A stretch of DNA of 64,000 nucleotides, from assembly GCA_041579295.1 (NCBI GenBank), contig JBFGGA010000001.1, positions 2,339 through 66,338 of the forward strand, written 5' to 3'. Of this stretch, positions 47,000 through 57,029 are shown one piece after another. The notes below the pieces were generated by a model. That model was not told where the DNA came from. It was given only the letters and a program-made list of their open reading frames with translations, and did no database searches. Position 1 is the stretch's first letter. Each line of letters opens with the position of its first letter. The stretch comes from Myxococcota bacterium. Lineage in GTDB: Bacteria > Myxococcota_A > UBA9160 > SMWR01. The position numbers and the translations under genes were made by a program.

Positions 47000-48469
47000 C
47001 TACTTGCGGAGTTCGCGGGCGAGGATCTCGCGGACGGCGCTGGGGTTGGCCTTGCCCTGGGTCTTGCGCATCACCTGGCCCATCAGGAAGTTCAGGACCT
47101 TCTCCTCTCCAGCGCGGTAGAGCTCGACGTTCTCGGGGTGCTCGGCGAGCACCTCGGCGACGGCGCGCTCGATCACGCCCGCGTCCGACACGGCGGCGAG
47201 CCCGCGCTCGGCGACGAGCGCCTCGGGATCCCCACCCGACTCGACGAGCTCCGGCACCAGGCTGCGCGCGCTCTTCACCGTGGTCCGGTTCTCGTCGACC
47301 ATCCCGATCAGACGCGCGAGCGCTTCGGGCGACAGCGGCGAGGCGTCGATCGAAAGCTCCCGCTCATTGAGCGCCTGCATGACGTCCCGCAGGATCCAGT
47401 TCGCGACCACCTTCGCGGCGCCGTGCCGCCGCGCGGCCACCTCGAAGAAGTCCGCGAGCGCGGGCGATGCGGTCAGCTGGGCGGCGTCGTACTCGGAGAG
47501 CCCGTATTCGCTCCCGAAGCGGTCCGCCCGCTGCTCGGCGAGCTCGGGCACCTCCGCGCGCAAGCGCTCGATCTGGTCGGCCGAGAGCTGCAGCGGGATG
47601 AGATCGGGATCCGGAAAATAGCGGTAGTCGTCCGCGTCCTCCTTGACCCGCAAGACCGACGTGCGCGCGGTCCCGGGATCGTAGGCGAGCGTGCACTGCT
47701 GCACGCGGCCTCCGCCGCGCAGCACTTCCGTCTGGCGCGCGACCTCGGCGCTCACCGCATCCTCGACGAAGCGAAAGGAGTTGAGGTTCTTGAGCTCGGT
47801 GCGCGTGCCGTACTCCTTCGAGCCCCGCGGGCGAAGCGATACGTTGACGTCGCAGCGCATGTGCCCCTTCTCCATGTCTGCATCGGAGACGTCGGTGAAG
47901 CGCAGGATCGAGCGAACGGCGCGCAGATAGGCGCCGGCCTCCTCGGCGGATCGGAGATCGGGCTCCGAGACGATCTCGATCATCGGCACGCCGGCGCGGT
48001 TCAAGTCCACGAGCGTCGCGTCGGCACCCGCGATCGCAGCGTCGTGGATCGACTTGCCGGCGTCCTCCTCCATGTGGATGCGCGTGAGCCGAATGCGCCT
48101 CTTCTGCGCCGAGTCCCCCTCCCCCTCCGCGGCGATGTCGACCCACCCGCCCGTGGCGAGCGGCTCTTCGTACTGCGAGATCTGATAGCCCTTCGGGAGA
48201 TCCGGATAGAAGTAGTTCTTGCGCGCGAAGATGGACCGCGGATGGACCTCGCAGTTCATCGCGAGACACGCGCGAACGGCGAGCTCGACGGCGCGCTCGT
48301 TCAACACCGGCAGCACGCCGGGCAGCGCGAGGCAGATCGGATGCACGCTCTGGTTCGGCGCGCCGCCATACAGAATCGGCGCCGGGCTGAAGAGCTTCGA
48401 GTGCGTGCGCAGGTGCGCGTGGACCTCGAGACCGATGACGACTTCGAACTGCTGCGCAAGACCGCTCAT
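47000..48469 (-). CDS. gatB: Asp/Glu-tRNA amidotransferase subunit B
   Basis: MSGLAQQFEVVIGLEVHAHL...NRAGVPMIEIVSEPD... and a C-terminal YqeY-like tail ANPSAVREIL. ATG 48469 overlaps the gatA stop (ATGA). Confidence 0.95.
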   Translation of the reverse strand: MSGLAQQFEVVIGLEVHAHLRTHSKLFSPAPILYGGAPNQSVHPICLALPGVLPVLNERAVELAVRACLAMNCEVHPRSIFARKNYFYPDLPKGYQISQYEEPLATGGWVDIAAEGEGDSAQKRRIRLTRIHMEEDAGKSIHDAAIAGADATLVDLNRAGVPMIEIVSEPDLRSAEEAGAYLRAVRSILRFTDVSDADMEKGHMRCDVNVSLRPRGSKEYGTRTELKNLNSFRFVEDAVSAEVARQTEVLRGGGRVQQCTLAYDPGTARTSVLRVKEDADDYRYFPDPDLIPLQLSADQIERLRAEVPELAEQRADRFGSEYGLSEYDAAQLTASPALADFFEVAARRHGAAKVVANWILRDVMQALNERELSIDASPLSPEALARLIGMVDENRTTVKSARSLVPELVESGGDPEALVAERGLAAVSDAGVIERAVAEVLAEHPENVELYRAGEEKVLNFLMGQVMRKTQGKANPSAVREILARELRK

Positions 48470-49932
48470 GCGAACGCCCCGGGGCAAGCTTCGTGGTGAT
48501 CGGTGAGGCGCTGGAAGCCGTCGGCAATCCTCAGAGGGGTGGCCTCGTCGAGGGCGGGCCCGATGATCTGGAGGCCGACCGGCAGCCCGTCGACGAAGCC
48601 GCAGGGCGTCGACAGCGCGGGAATGCCGGCCAGGTTCGCGGACACCGTGTAGACGTCCGACAGGTACATGGTCAGCGGATCCGCCGTCTTCTCGCCCAGG
48701 CGGAACGCGACTTCGGGCGAAGTGGGCGTGACCAGCGCGTCGCAAGACTCGAGGGCGCGCTCGAAGTCGCCGCGCAGCAGCGTCCGGACCTGCTGGGCCT
48801 TGCGGTAGTAGGCGTCGTAGTAGCCGGCGGAGAGGAAGTAGGTTCCGAGCAGGATCCGTCGCTTCACCTCCTCGCCGAATCCCTCCGCGCGGGTTCGGCG
48901 GTACATCTCCGTCAGGCCCTTCGCGCCCGCGGCCCGATGCCCGTAGCGAACGCCATCGAAGCGGGCGAGATTGCTCGAAGCCTCGGCGTTGGCGATCGAG
49001 TAGTAGGTGGCGATCGCGTAGCGCGCGTGCGGGAGGCCGACCTCCACGGTCTTCGCCCCCGCGCGCTCGAGCTCGCTCACCGCCTCGCGCACGAGCTTCA
49101 CGACGGCCGCGTTCGCGCCTTCCGCGGCGAAGTACTCCCTGGGCAAGCCGAGCCGCAGTCCGGAGAGGTCGCCGTCGAGCGCGCCCGAGTACGCGGGTGT
49201 GGGCTCCGGGATCGAGGTCGAATCGCGGTCGTCGTAGCCCGCGATGGCCTCGAGCACCCACGCGCAGTCCGCCGCGGTGCGCGCGAAGGCGCCGATCTGG
49301 TCGAGCGAGGACGCGAACGCGACCAGCCCCCAGCGCGAGACGCGACCGTAGGTGGGCTTGATGCCAACGACGCCGCAAAACGAGGCCGGCTGGCGGATCG
49401 AGCCGCCGGTGTCGCTCCCGAGCGCGGCGGGCACGATGCGCGCGGCGACCGCGGCCGCCGAGCCGCCCGACGAGCCGCCGGGCGCGCGATCGAGATCCCA
49501 GGGATTTCGGGTCGGACCCGCGACGGAGTGCTCGGTGGAGGAACCCATCGCGAATTCGTCCATGTTGGTCCGGCCGATGACGATCGCCCCCGACCTCTCG
49601 AGGCCTTCGACCGCGGTCGACGTGTAGGGCGACACGAAGCCCTCGAGGATGCGCGAAGCGCAGTGGGTGAGCTCACCGCTCTGCACCAGGTTGTCCTTGA
49701 TGGCAAGCGGCAGACCGTCGAGGGGCGAGCGGACCTCGCCGCGCCGGCGGCGCGCGTCGGACGCCTCGGCCTCGCGCAGCGCCGCCTCCGCGCGCAGACC
49801 GACGAAGGCGTTCAAGACGGGTTGGCAAGCCTCCGCGCGCTGCAGGCAACGGCTCACGATCTCGACCGAGGAAGTCTCGCCCGCATCGAGCGCCGCGCGA
49901 AGCTCGCGGAGGGTTCCGATCCCTTCGGCCAT
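48466..49932 (-). CDS. gatA: Asp/Glu-tRNA amidotransferase subunit A
   Basis: Amidase signature GGSSGGSAAAVAA...GSDTGGSIRQPA, and PLAIKDN. Confidence 0.95.
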   Translation of the reverse strand: MAEGIGTLRELRAALDAGETSSVEIVSRCLQRAEACQPVLNAFVGLRAEAALREAEASDARRRRGEVRSPLDGLPLAIKDNLVQSGELTHCASRILEGFVSPYTSTAVEGLERSGAIVIGRTNMDEFAMGSSTEHSVAGPTRNPWDLDRAPGGSSGGSAAAVAARIVPAALGSDTGGSIRQPASFCGVVGIKPTYGRVSRWGLVAFASSLDQIGAFARTAADCAWVLEAIAGYDDRDSTSIPEPTPAYSGALDGDLSGLRLGLPREYFAAEGANAAVVKLVREAVSELERAGAKTVEVGLPHARYAIATYYSIANAEASSNLARFDGVRYGHRAAGAKGLTEMYRRTRAEGFGEEVKRRILLGTYFLSAGYYDAYYRKAQQVRTLLRGDFERALESCDALVTPTSPEVAFRLGEKTADPLTMYLSDVYTVSANLAGIPALSTPCGFVDGLPVGLQIIGPALDEATPLRIADGFQRLTDHHEACPGAFA

Positions 49933-50238
49933 TCAGCCCTCGGCCTCGGTGTCGATCACCTTGGGCACGACGAACGCGGACTCGGCGGCCTCCGGCGCGT
50001 TGGCGACGACGAGCTCGACGTTCATCGCCGCGGCCGGTCGATCGGGGCGCGTCGGCGTCGGGAGCGAGAGCGGGTGCGCGGTCGGCGCGACCCCCTCGGT
50101 ATCGATTTCCTGAAGCGTGTCGATGTAGTCGAGAAAGGAGTCGAACTCCCGCACGAGTCGATCCGACTCCTCGTCCGTGAGTGAGATGCGAGCGAGCAGC
50201 GCGACGCGCTCGACCTCTGCGCGACTGATGCGTGCCAT
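49933..50238 (-). CDS. gatC: Asp/Glu-tRNA amidotransferase subunit C
   Basis: MARISRAEVERVALLARISLTDEESDRLVREFDSFLDYIDTLQEIDTEGVAPTAHP. It lies directly upstream of gatA (TGA then ATG). Confidence 0.9.
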   Translation of the reverse strand: MARISRAEVERVALLARISLTDEESDRLVREFDSFLDYIDTLQEIDTEGVAPTAHPLSLPTPTRPDRPAAAMNVELVVANAPEAAESAFVVPKVIDTEAEG

Positions 50239-50292
50239 CGAGTCAGCCTAGCACGGGCCCGGGGGGGCAAATCGTGATAGGCTCGGCCGCGC

Positions 50293-51747
50293 ATGACAGA
50301 CCCGTCCGACATTTTCTCGAGCCAGCCGGAAGCCGTCCGGAAAGGCATTCGCGACATCGGTTGGACCGAGCCGACGCCGGTTCAGGTGAGGGTGCTTCCC
50401 CCGATGGCCGAAGGCCGAGACCTGATCGTGCAGGCGCAGACGGGCAGCGGCAAGACCGGTGCGTTCGGAATTCCGATCGTCGCGCGGCTGGACACCTCGA
50501 TCGCGGCCTGCCAGGCCCTCGTGATGAACCCCACCCGCGAGCTCGCCAATCAGGTCGCGCTCGAGATCCGAGCCCTCGGGAAGCACATCGGCGCGAACTG
50601 CGTGCCGATCTACGGCGGCGTGGGATACGCCCAGCAGATCGAGGGCATCGATGCGGGCGCGCACGTCGTGGTGGGCACACCGGGAAGGATTCTCGACCAC
50701 CTCGGCTCGGGAAAGCTCAAGCTCGATCACGTTGGGGTCCTGGTGCTCGACGAGGCCGACGAGCTGCTCTCGCTGGGCTTCTGGCCCGACATGCGCGAGA
50801 TCCAGAAATACCTCCCCAAGCAGAGACAGTCCTGCCTGTTCTCGGCGACGATCCCCGAGCGCGTGCGCTCGCTGTCTCGCGTGTTCCTCAAGGATCCCCT
50901 GTTCGTATCGCTCTCCGACGAGCAGCTCTCCCCGCAGCAGATCGAGCACTACTACGTGGTGACCACCGCGCAAGCCAAAGAGGCGAACCTCGCCCGGATC
51001 ATCGAAGACGAAGACCCGGAGAGCGCCATCATCTTCTGCAACACGAAGGACGACGTGCGCTTCGTGACCTCCTACCTGAAGCGCCGCGGCTTCGACGCGG
51101 ACCAGATCTCGGGCGATCTCTCCCAGGTCGCGCGCGAAGACGCGATGCGGCGGATGAAGAGCGGCGCGCTGCGCCTGCTCGTCGCCACCGACGTGGCGGC
51201 GCGCGGAATCGACATCAGCGACCTCACGCACGTGATCAGCTACTCGGCTCCGCAGTCTCCCGAGGTCTACGTCCACCGCACGGGGCGCACGGGCCGCGCG
51301 GGCAAGGCGGGCGTCGCGATCTCGCTGGTCTCGGGGCTCGACATCGGAAACTTCCGCTATCTGCAGAACGTCACCCAGATCCGGATCGTCGAGCGCAAGC
51401 TGCCGACGGAGATCGACATCCTCGCGCGCTTGCGCAAGCGGCTCGCCGTGAAGGTCGAGCACGAGATTCGCTCGCTGCCCGAGCAGGAGCGGCGCGCGAA
51501 GATCGATCGCTTCATCCCGATGGTGGAGGATCTGGTGTCGACCCCGGACGGCAAGCGCGACCTCGCGGCGATCTGCGCTTTCTATCTGCAGGAGCACAGG
51601 CCCGAGACGACGGTCACCGTCGACGGCGAAGCGCCGGAGCGCGCACCCGATGCTCCAGCGCGCAAGCGCCGCCGCTCGCCCGACTCGAGATCCGGCGGCA
51701 AGCGATCGGGCGGCTCCCGGGGCAAGGGCCGCTCGCGCAAGCGCTGA
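50293..51747 (+). CDS. DEAD-box ATP-dependent RNA helicase with Arg/Gly/Ser-rich tail
   Basis: Q-motif GWTEPTPVQ, AQTGSGKT, PTRELA, VLDEADELL (a DEAD-box variant in the LDEAD context), SAT, HRTGRTGRAG, and a C-terminal RKRRRSPDSRSGGKRSGGSRGKGRSRKR. Confidence 0.93.
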   Translation: MTDPSDIFSSQPEAVRKGIRDIGWTEPTPVQVRVLPPMAEGRDLIVQAQTGSGKTGAFGIPIVARLDTSIAACQALVMNPTRELANQVALEIRALGKHIGANCVPIYGGVGYAQQIEGIDAGAHVVVGTPGRILDHLGSGKLKLDHVGVLVLDEADELLSLGFWPDMREIQKYLPKQRQSCLFSATIPERVRSLSRVFLKDPLFVSLSDEQLSPQQIEHYYVVTTAQAKEANLARIIEDEDPESAIIFCNTKDDVRFVTSYLKRRGFDADQISGDLSQVAREDAMRRMKSGALRLLVATDVAARGIDISDLTHVISYSAPQSPEVYVHRTGRTGRAGKAGVAISLVSGLDIGNFRYLQNVTQIRIVERKLPTEIDILARLRKRLAVKVEHEIRSLPEQERRAKIDRFIPMVEDLVSTPDGKRDLAAICAFYLQEHRPETTVTVDGEAPERAPDAPARKRRRSPDSRSGGKRSGGSRGKGRSRKR

Positions 51748-51783
51748 TGCGAAGCGCCGCTGGGATTTCCGCGGCGCTCCCCT

Positions 51784-52680
51784 TCAGGCCTCGAACCAAT
51801 GGTCCGCGCCCCGCGCGGAGCGCGCGCCCAGCCATCCGATCCGCCGGCGACCCGACTCGACCACCGCGAGCGGCACGTCGAGGCAGCGCCCGAGATCGGA
51901 CCCCGACCGAGGCGACGCCTCGCGCAGCGCCTTCTCGAGCTCCACCCGCGCTGCGCAGTCGGCCGCGCGAACGATCGGGCCGTCGACGGGGCGCACGACC
52001 GTCCGTCCGTCGCCGTCGACGGCGACGCAGGCGATCTCGCCGCTGGGGTCGGCCAACGCGATCGCCGATCTCCCGCCGCCGGGTCGGACCGACAGCCAGT
52101 CGACCGCCCCCTCCAGGCGGTCGAAGCGGCGCAGGCAATCGAGCGCGAGCAGCGCTGCGGGCACGACGTGGCGAGCGCGCGCGACGCCCCCCGGCTGCGC
52201 GGCGCACGCGACCGCGAGCCCCGCCTCGTTCACCCCCGCGAGCGGCGCAAACCCCCAGGGCTGGACCAGCTCGACGGACCGGAAGCCGTTCTCGGGCCGG
52301 CGGCGTCGCACGATCGCGTCGGCGGGCAGCGGGCGCGCGAGCAGCCCACCGCGGCCGGGGGCTCCGTTGGCAGCGGCGAGCGCGAAGGCGTCGGCCGGCG
52401 GCGAGGCGCCTTCGCCGTCGGCGAGCATCGCGCGGAGCCACGCGGCCGGGACGCGCGCGGCGCGCGCCATCGCCTCGAGCATCTCGGCCTGCTGCGGGTA
52501 GAAGCGCCGGAGCTCGAGCCGCAGTCGCCGGCGCGCAGCGGATTCCGCGAGCAGGCGGAGCTGCGCGCGCCGCCAGCGCGCTTGGCCGCGATAGCGGGCG
52601 CGCAGCGCGGCGCGGCAGTGGGTCCCCTGATCGGTGCCGAGATCGCGAGGCGCTCCCTCGCACGCGACGACTTCGACCAC
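51784..52680 (-). CDS. Putative C45-family (acyl-CoA:6-APA acyltransferase-like) Ntn hydrolase
   Basis: This is the only non-low-complexity frame in the interval. GTG 52680 shares one base with the larE-like stop (TAGTG). The N-terminal EGAPRDLGTDQG and central LAGVNEAGLAVA are reminiscent of C45 proteins. The assignment is tentative. Confidence 0.5.
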   Translation of the reverse strand: MVEVVACEGAPRDLGTDQGTHCRAALRARYRGQARWRRAQLRLLAESAARRRLRLELRRFYPQQAEMLEAMARAARVPAAWLRAMLADGEGASPPADAFALAAANGAPGRGGLLARPLPADAIVRRRRPENGFRSVELVQPWGFAPLAGVNEAGLAVACAAQPGGVARARHVVPAALLALDCLRRFDRLEGAVDWLSVRPGGGRSAIALADPSGEIACVAVDGDGRTVVRPVDGPIVRAADCAARVELEKALREASPRSGSDLGRCLDVPLAVVESGRRRIGWLGARSARGADHWFEA

Positions 52681-53522
52681 TAGAGCGCCCGAAGCGCGCT
52701 CGAAATGCCGAGTACCTCGTTGAGGGAGCCGCTGCGGTAGCCCTCGAGGTCGAGGGCAATCCAGCGAAAGCCGAGCGGCTTGATGGCCGCGACGATTGCG
52801 CGGGCCATTTCGGGTTCGAGCGCGCGGGCGAGCTCGTCGGCGGCGATCTCGATCCGCGCCACCTCGCCGTGATGCCGCAGTCGAACCTGTCGGAAGCCCA
52901 GCGCGCGCAGGTTCTCCTCGCCGCGCTCCACCTGCTGCAGGCGCTCCTCGGTCACTTCCGTTCCGTAAGGGAGTCGCGAGGAGAGGCACGCGGACGCGGG
53001 CAGCTCCGCGGTGGGAAGACCCGCTTCGCGCGACAGCTCACGGATCTCGGCCTTGGCGAGATTCGCCTCGAGAAACGGCGACATCACCCCGCGCTCGCGC
53101 GCCGCCCGATGCCCCGGCCGGAAATCCCCGGTGTCGTCCACGTTCACCCCGTAGGCGACCGCGTCGAAACCCAGCTCGTCGCGCAGCGCCCCGAGCACGC
53201 CGAAGAGCTCGCTCTTGCAGTGATAACAGCGGTCCGGCGCGTTCGCCCGGTAGCTCGGGTTCGCAAACTCCCGCGTGGTCACGAAGCGGTGGGGGATCTG
53301 GAACTCGCGGGCGACCCGCTCCGCCATCGCGCGGTGGCTCGCGGGATACGAGGGGGACTCTGCGGTGACCGCGAGCGCATCCCCGCCGAGCGCCCGATGC
53401 GCCGCATAGGCGAGGTAGCTCGAGTCGACGCCGCCGGAGAACGCGATCAGCACGCGCCCCGCGGTTCGGATCGCATCGTCGAGGGCGGCGCGCTTGGCGG
53501 CGAGATCGGGAGGGGTTTCCAC
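52680..53522 (-). CDS. larE: LarE-like PP-loop ATP pyrophosphatase (sacrificial sulfur transferase family, TIGR00268-like)
   Basis: VLIAFSGGVDSSYLA (SGGxDS PP-loop) and ...APDRCYHCKSELF... Start set at GTG 53522 (VETPPDLAAKRAALDD). Confidence 0.8.
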   Translation of the reverse strand: METPPDLAAKRAALDDAIRTAGRVLIAFSGGVDSSYLAYAAHRALGGDALAVTAESPSYPASHRAMAERVAREFQIPHRFVTTREFANPSYRANAPDRCYHCKSELFGVLGALRDELGFDAVAYGVNVDDTGDFRPGHRAARERGVMSPFLEANLAKAEIRELSREAGLPTAELPASACLSSRLPYGTEVTEERLQQVERGEENLRALGFRQVRLRHHGEVARIEIAADELARALEPEMARAIVAAIKPLGFRWIALDLEGYRSGSLNEVLGISSALRAL

Positions 53523-53622
53523 GTCCTCAAGGTACGAGGGGGCCGTCGGCTGGTCAACACCGGATCGAGGTGGAGACCGACGCCTCAAGCACTATGCTTG
53601 GCGCACGAAGAGGGGGGGGACA

Positions 53623-54729
53623 ATGGCCAAGCTACGCGTCGGATTGCTCTTCGGTGGGCGCTCGGTCGAACACGAGGTCTCCCTCGTCTCCGCGACGTCG
53701 ATCCTCGGCGCGCTGGACCCATCGCGCTACGACGTGACGCTCGTGGCCGTCGACGCCGAGGGCCGCTGGCACCTCGGAGACCCCGACCTGCCGCCGACCC
53801 TCGAGGGGCTTCAGGCCGCGGAGCGCGGAGCCGAGGTCGATCTCCCCGTCGCACCGGGGAGCAATACACTGACCCCGGTCGGCCCGGCCGCCGGAGGGCG
53901 CGGCGTGACACTCGACGTGATCTTTCCGGTCATTCACGGCCGCGGCGGTGAGGACGGCTCGCTTCAGGGGCTGCTGGAGCTCGCGGGCATCCCGTACGTG
54001 GGCTCGGGCGTGCTGGGCTCCGCGATCCAGATGGACAAGGACATCGCCAAGCGCCTGCTGCGCGCGGCGGGGCTGCCGGTCACGCCCGGCGTCTGCGTGC
54101 GGACCCGACAGCTCCGCGAGGGCGCTAGCGTCGCAGATGCGCTGATCGACGAGCTCGGTCCCTCGCTGTTCGTGAAGCCGGCCAACCAGGGCTCTTCGGT
54201 TGGCATCTCGAAGGTCGAGCGCCGCGAACGGCTGCTGCCCGCACTGCGCGAAGCCGCGCGCTACGACACGAAGATCCTCGTCGAGCGCGCGATCGACGCG
54301 AGGGAGATCGAGGTCGCGCTGCTCGGCAACGACCCCATCGAGGCTTCGGTTCCCGGAGAGATCCGCACGCGGCACGCGTTCTACGACTACGACGCGAAGT
54401 ACATCGACGACGAGACGGAGCTGCTGGTTCCTGCGCCGATCGACGAAGGCCTGGCCGAGGAGGTGCGCCACCTCGCCATCGAGGCGGTCGTCGCGCTCGA
54501 AGGTGCCGGCCTGGCCCGCGTCGACTTCCTGGTCGACCGCCACTCGGGAGAAGCCTTCATCAACGAGGTCAACAGCATCCCGGGATTCACCGAGGTGTCG
54601 ATGTACCCGCTGCTCTGGCAGGCCTCGGGCATCCCGTATCCGGCCCTGCTCGATCGGCTGATCGAGCTCGCACTCGAGCGCCACCGGATCTGCGCGGCGC
54701 TCGAGACCCGTTACGAGCCCACGCGGTAG
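53623..54729 (+). CDS. ddl: D-alanine--D-alanine ligase
   Basis: MAKLRVGLLFGGRSVEHEVSLVSA, HGRGGEDGSLQGLLELAGIPYVGSGV, FVKPANQGSSVGISKV and INEVNSIPGFT. Confidence 0.95.
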   Translation: MAKLRVGLLFGGRSVEHEVSLVSATSILGALDPSRYDVTLVAVDAEGRWHLGDPDLPPTLEGLQAAERGAEVDLPVAPGSNTLTPVGPAAGGRGVTLDVIFPVIHGRGGEDGSLQGLLELAGIPYVGSGVLGSAIQMDKDIAKRLLRAAGLPVTPGVCVRTRQLREGASVADALIDELGPSLFVKPANQGSSVGISKVERRERLLPALREAARYDTKILVERAIDAREIEVALLGNDPIEASVPGEIRTRHAFYDYDAKYIDDETELLVPAPIDEGLAEEVRHLAIEAVVALEGAGLARVDFLVDRHSGEAFINEVNSIPGFTEVSMYPLLWQASGIPYPALLDRLIELALERHRICAALETRYEPTR

Positions 54730-56120
54730 CCGAGCGCCCTGAGCTGGTTGAGCCGCAACTCGTCGACCTCGACGGTGGGGCTGTCGACGCGCCACGGCGG
54801 CTCCGACTCGACCAGGTAGCGATCGATGCGCTCGGCCATCGGCTCGAGCGCGGGGGGGTCGTCGCCAGCGCGATCTTCCAGCTCCCGCGGATCCGCGCGG
54901 GAGTCGTAGAACTCGAACGCATTCGGCGGGTCGCCCGACCAGATCAGCCGCGCGTCGCGGTCCGTGAGCGACACCAGTTCGCGCGGTCCGGCGCGCCCGC
55001 CCCAGTTCTGGTCGATGTGGGAGAAGACCGGCCGCCTGAGCTCTGCGGGGGCGCGCCCCGCAGGCGCGCCGCCGGCAGCGAGCACCAGGGGCAACATCGA
55101 CCGACCGTCCACGCCCTCGAGCGGTGGCAGCCCGACGAGATCGAGCAGCGTCGGCCAGATGTCGACGTTCGCGATCGTCTCCGCGACGCGGATGCCGCGG
55201 TCGAGGATCAGCGGGGGGATGATGACGAACGGAACCTCCACGACCTCCCGATAGAGATCGTACGCGTGTCCCTCCCGGCCGTGTTCGAGGAAGGCCTCCC
55301 CGTGATCCGACGCGATCGCGATCAGCGTCCGCGGCAGGACGCCGGCCGCGTCCAACGCTTCGACGATCGCGCCGATCAAACGATCCGTCCAATCGATCGC
55401 TCTGTCGTAGGCGTCCGAATAACTGGGGCCGAATGCGTCGGCGTCGTCGTCGAAGACGTATTGGTGCAGATCCATCAGGTGCAGGTAGAGCAGGAATTTC
55501 TCCTGCCCGAAGTGATCCAGGAAGTCCCGCGCGGCCGTGAGCACGTCCTCGTCCGTGCCGCCGATGACGGAGGCGCCCGGCGAATGGCGCTGCAACCGGT
55601 CGGCGGCGCCGGCCTTCGGCGTGTGGTAGACGTCGAACCCCTGAGCGAAGCCGAAGTTCGGCGCCACCCAGCCGTTGCGCCAGATCCCGACCGTGCGGTA
55701 GCCCGCCGCTTGGAAGATCTCGGCCGGCATCACGGCCGCTTCCGGAATCGCGTTGTCGAAGCGCAGAACCCCGTGGGCGGCCGGATAGGTTGCCGTCCAG
55801 AGCGAGGCCATCGACGTCTTCGTCCAGCTCGACTGCGCGATCACGCGCTCGAAGACGATCCCGGATCTCGCGAGCCCGTCGATCACCGGGCTGGTCGGGC
55901 GCCCGTACCCGTATACGCCCAACCGGTCCGCGCGCAGCGTGTCGACGAGGATGAACACCACGTTCAGATCGGCTCGGGCCCGCAGCTCCGCGAGGTCTCG
56001 GGCCGTTCCGTTGGGACGGGACGGGGAGCGCAGCTCGAATTGCAGCGCGACGATCACCAGCGACAGAATCGCCGCTCCGGCAAAGTAAGCCGAAGGGGAA
56101 TCGGTCAGTCGCCGGAGCAT
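54711..56120 (-). CDS. Sulfatase-family (alkaline-phosphatase superfamily) membrane-anchored hydrolase
   Basis: N-terminal TM AYFAGAAILSLVIVALQF. NVVFILVDTLRADRLGVYGY is a metal-binding/sulfatase-like N-motif without the C/S-x-P-x-R FGly site, and ASDHGEAF follows. ATG 56120 verified, 4 nt after the upstream stop. Confidence 0.8.
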   Translation of the reverse strand: MLRRLTDSPSAYFAGAAILSLVIVALQFELRSPSRPNGTARDLAELRARADLNVVFILVDTLRADRLGVYGYGRPTSPVIDGLARSGIVFERVIAQSSWTKTSMASLWTATYPAAHGVLRFDNAIPEAAVMPAEIFQAAGYRTVGIWRNGWVAPNFGFAQGFDVYHTPKAGAADRLQRHSPGASVIGGTDEDVLTAARDFLDHFGQEKFLLYLHLMDLHQYVFDDDADAFGPSYSDAYDRAIDWTDRLIGAIVEALDAAGVLPRTLIAIASDHGEAFLEHGREGHAYDLYREVVEVPFVIIPPLILDRGIRVAETIANVDIWPTLLDLVGLPPLEGVDGRSMLPLVLAAGGAPAGRAPAELRRPVFSHIDQNWGGRAGPRELVSLTDRDARLIWSGDPPNAFEFYDSRADPRELEDRAGDDPPALEPMAERIDRYLVESEPPWRVDSPTVEVDELRLNQLRALGYRVGS

Positions 56121-56123
56121 CGC

Positions 56124-57029
56124 CTAGCTGCGCATGCGTCTGTAACCCAGCAGAGCGAGGCCCGCCGCGCCGGGCCCGAGCAGCAACAGCGATCCGGGCT
56201 CGGGCACGAAGTGCAGTGTCATGCGGGTGAACAGCGCCTGGGTGTCGCTCTTGCCGCCCGGAACGCCTTGCGTGTAGACCTGCGACGGGGCGATCAGCTG
56301 GATGGTTCCGCCCACCTTCGCGGCCGTCGAGGTGTTGGACAGCGGCCCGCGCACGTAACCGGTCGCCATCACGGTGGCGAGGCCGCTCGCGGTGGACTGC
56401 AGCAGCGTGGCGGGAGCGAGCTGCCAGGGCTGGTGGTGGAAGGTGAGCGTGAGGGGAGTCGGGGTAATGGGTGTGCTGGCGATGATCGTTCCCCCGATTC
56501 CGATACCGCGCGTTGCATTCTCGGTGAGGTTCACCTCGAGCGTGAAGTCGCTGAGGCAGCCCGAAAAGAACAGGCAGATGCGCGCGATGCCCGCGATTGG
56601 AAGCGTGTTCTGGGTCAGCTTCGCGGGGCTCGTCGTGGCGTGGGAGAGGTCGAAGAAGAAGCCGCCCTGGCCGCTCACGTCGCGCAGATCGTAGGACTTG
56701 ACCAACGCGGTGACGGAGGGAGTCGTGAACGGAACCGGATCGCTGTCGCCGAAAAAGATGCGCCCGACCTGGAGGCTGACGAGCTGCTCGCCGCCCACCA
56801 CGGGGTTGACGACCGCGACACCCACGGCGTTGAGGTCGACCGGATCGGTCAGCCCGTACTCCACGGTGAGGGTCGCGTCGACGGACAGCGCGGTCGCCTC
56901 GCCCTCCCCGGGCGCGCCCGCGATCAGCGCGGCGATCGCGCCGCCGATCAGCGCGCGGCGCGCGCCGCCGATGCCGTGGACGGCGCGGCGTCCGCGCCGC
57001 GCCCCTGCCGCTCGCGAACCTGCCATCAT
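56124..57029 (-). CDS. PEP-CTERM sorting-domain protein
   Basis: The C-terminus FVPEPGSLLLLGPGAAGLALLGYRRMRS. N-terminal signal ALIGGAIAALIAGAPGEG, starting at ATG 57029. Beta-rich Thr/Gly/Val body. Confidence 0.8.
   Translation of the reverse strand: MMAGSRAAGARRGRRAVHGIGGARRALIGGAIAALIAGAPGEGEATALSVDATLTVEYGLTDPVDLNAVGVAVVNPVVGGEQLVSLQVGRIFFGDSDPVPFTTPSVTALVKSYDLRDVSGQGGFFFDLSHATTSPAKLTQNTLPIAGIARICLFFSGCLSDFTLEVNLTENATRGIGIGGTIIASTPITPTPLTLTFHHQPWQLAPATLLQSTASGLATVMATGYVRGPLSNTSTAAKVGGTIQLIAPSQVYTQGVPGGKSDTQALFTRMTLHFVPEPGSLLLLGPGAAGLALLGYRRMRS

Noticed and set aside
50232-53951. Very long ORFs such as 50232-53951 (+, 1239 aa), 40250-43222 (+, 990 aa), 5873-8389 (+), 6378-8249 (-), 428-1900 (-), 35003-37435 (+) and 59711-61885 (-)
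   Set aside because: Their translations are dominated by Arg, Pro, Ala and Gly with no motifs. They lie in alternative frames or antisense to genes with clear family signatures (uvrA, DEAD helicase, larE-like, ychF and others). These are typical stop-codon-poor shadow frames of a high-GC genome.
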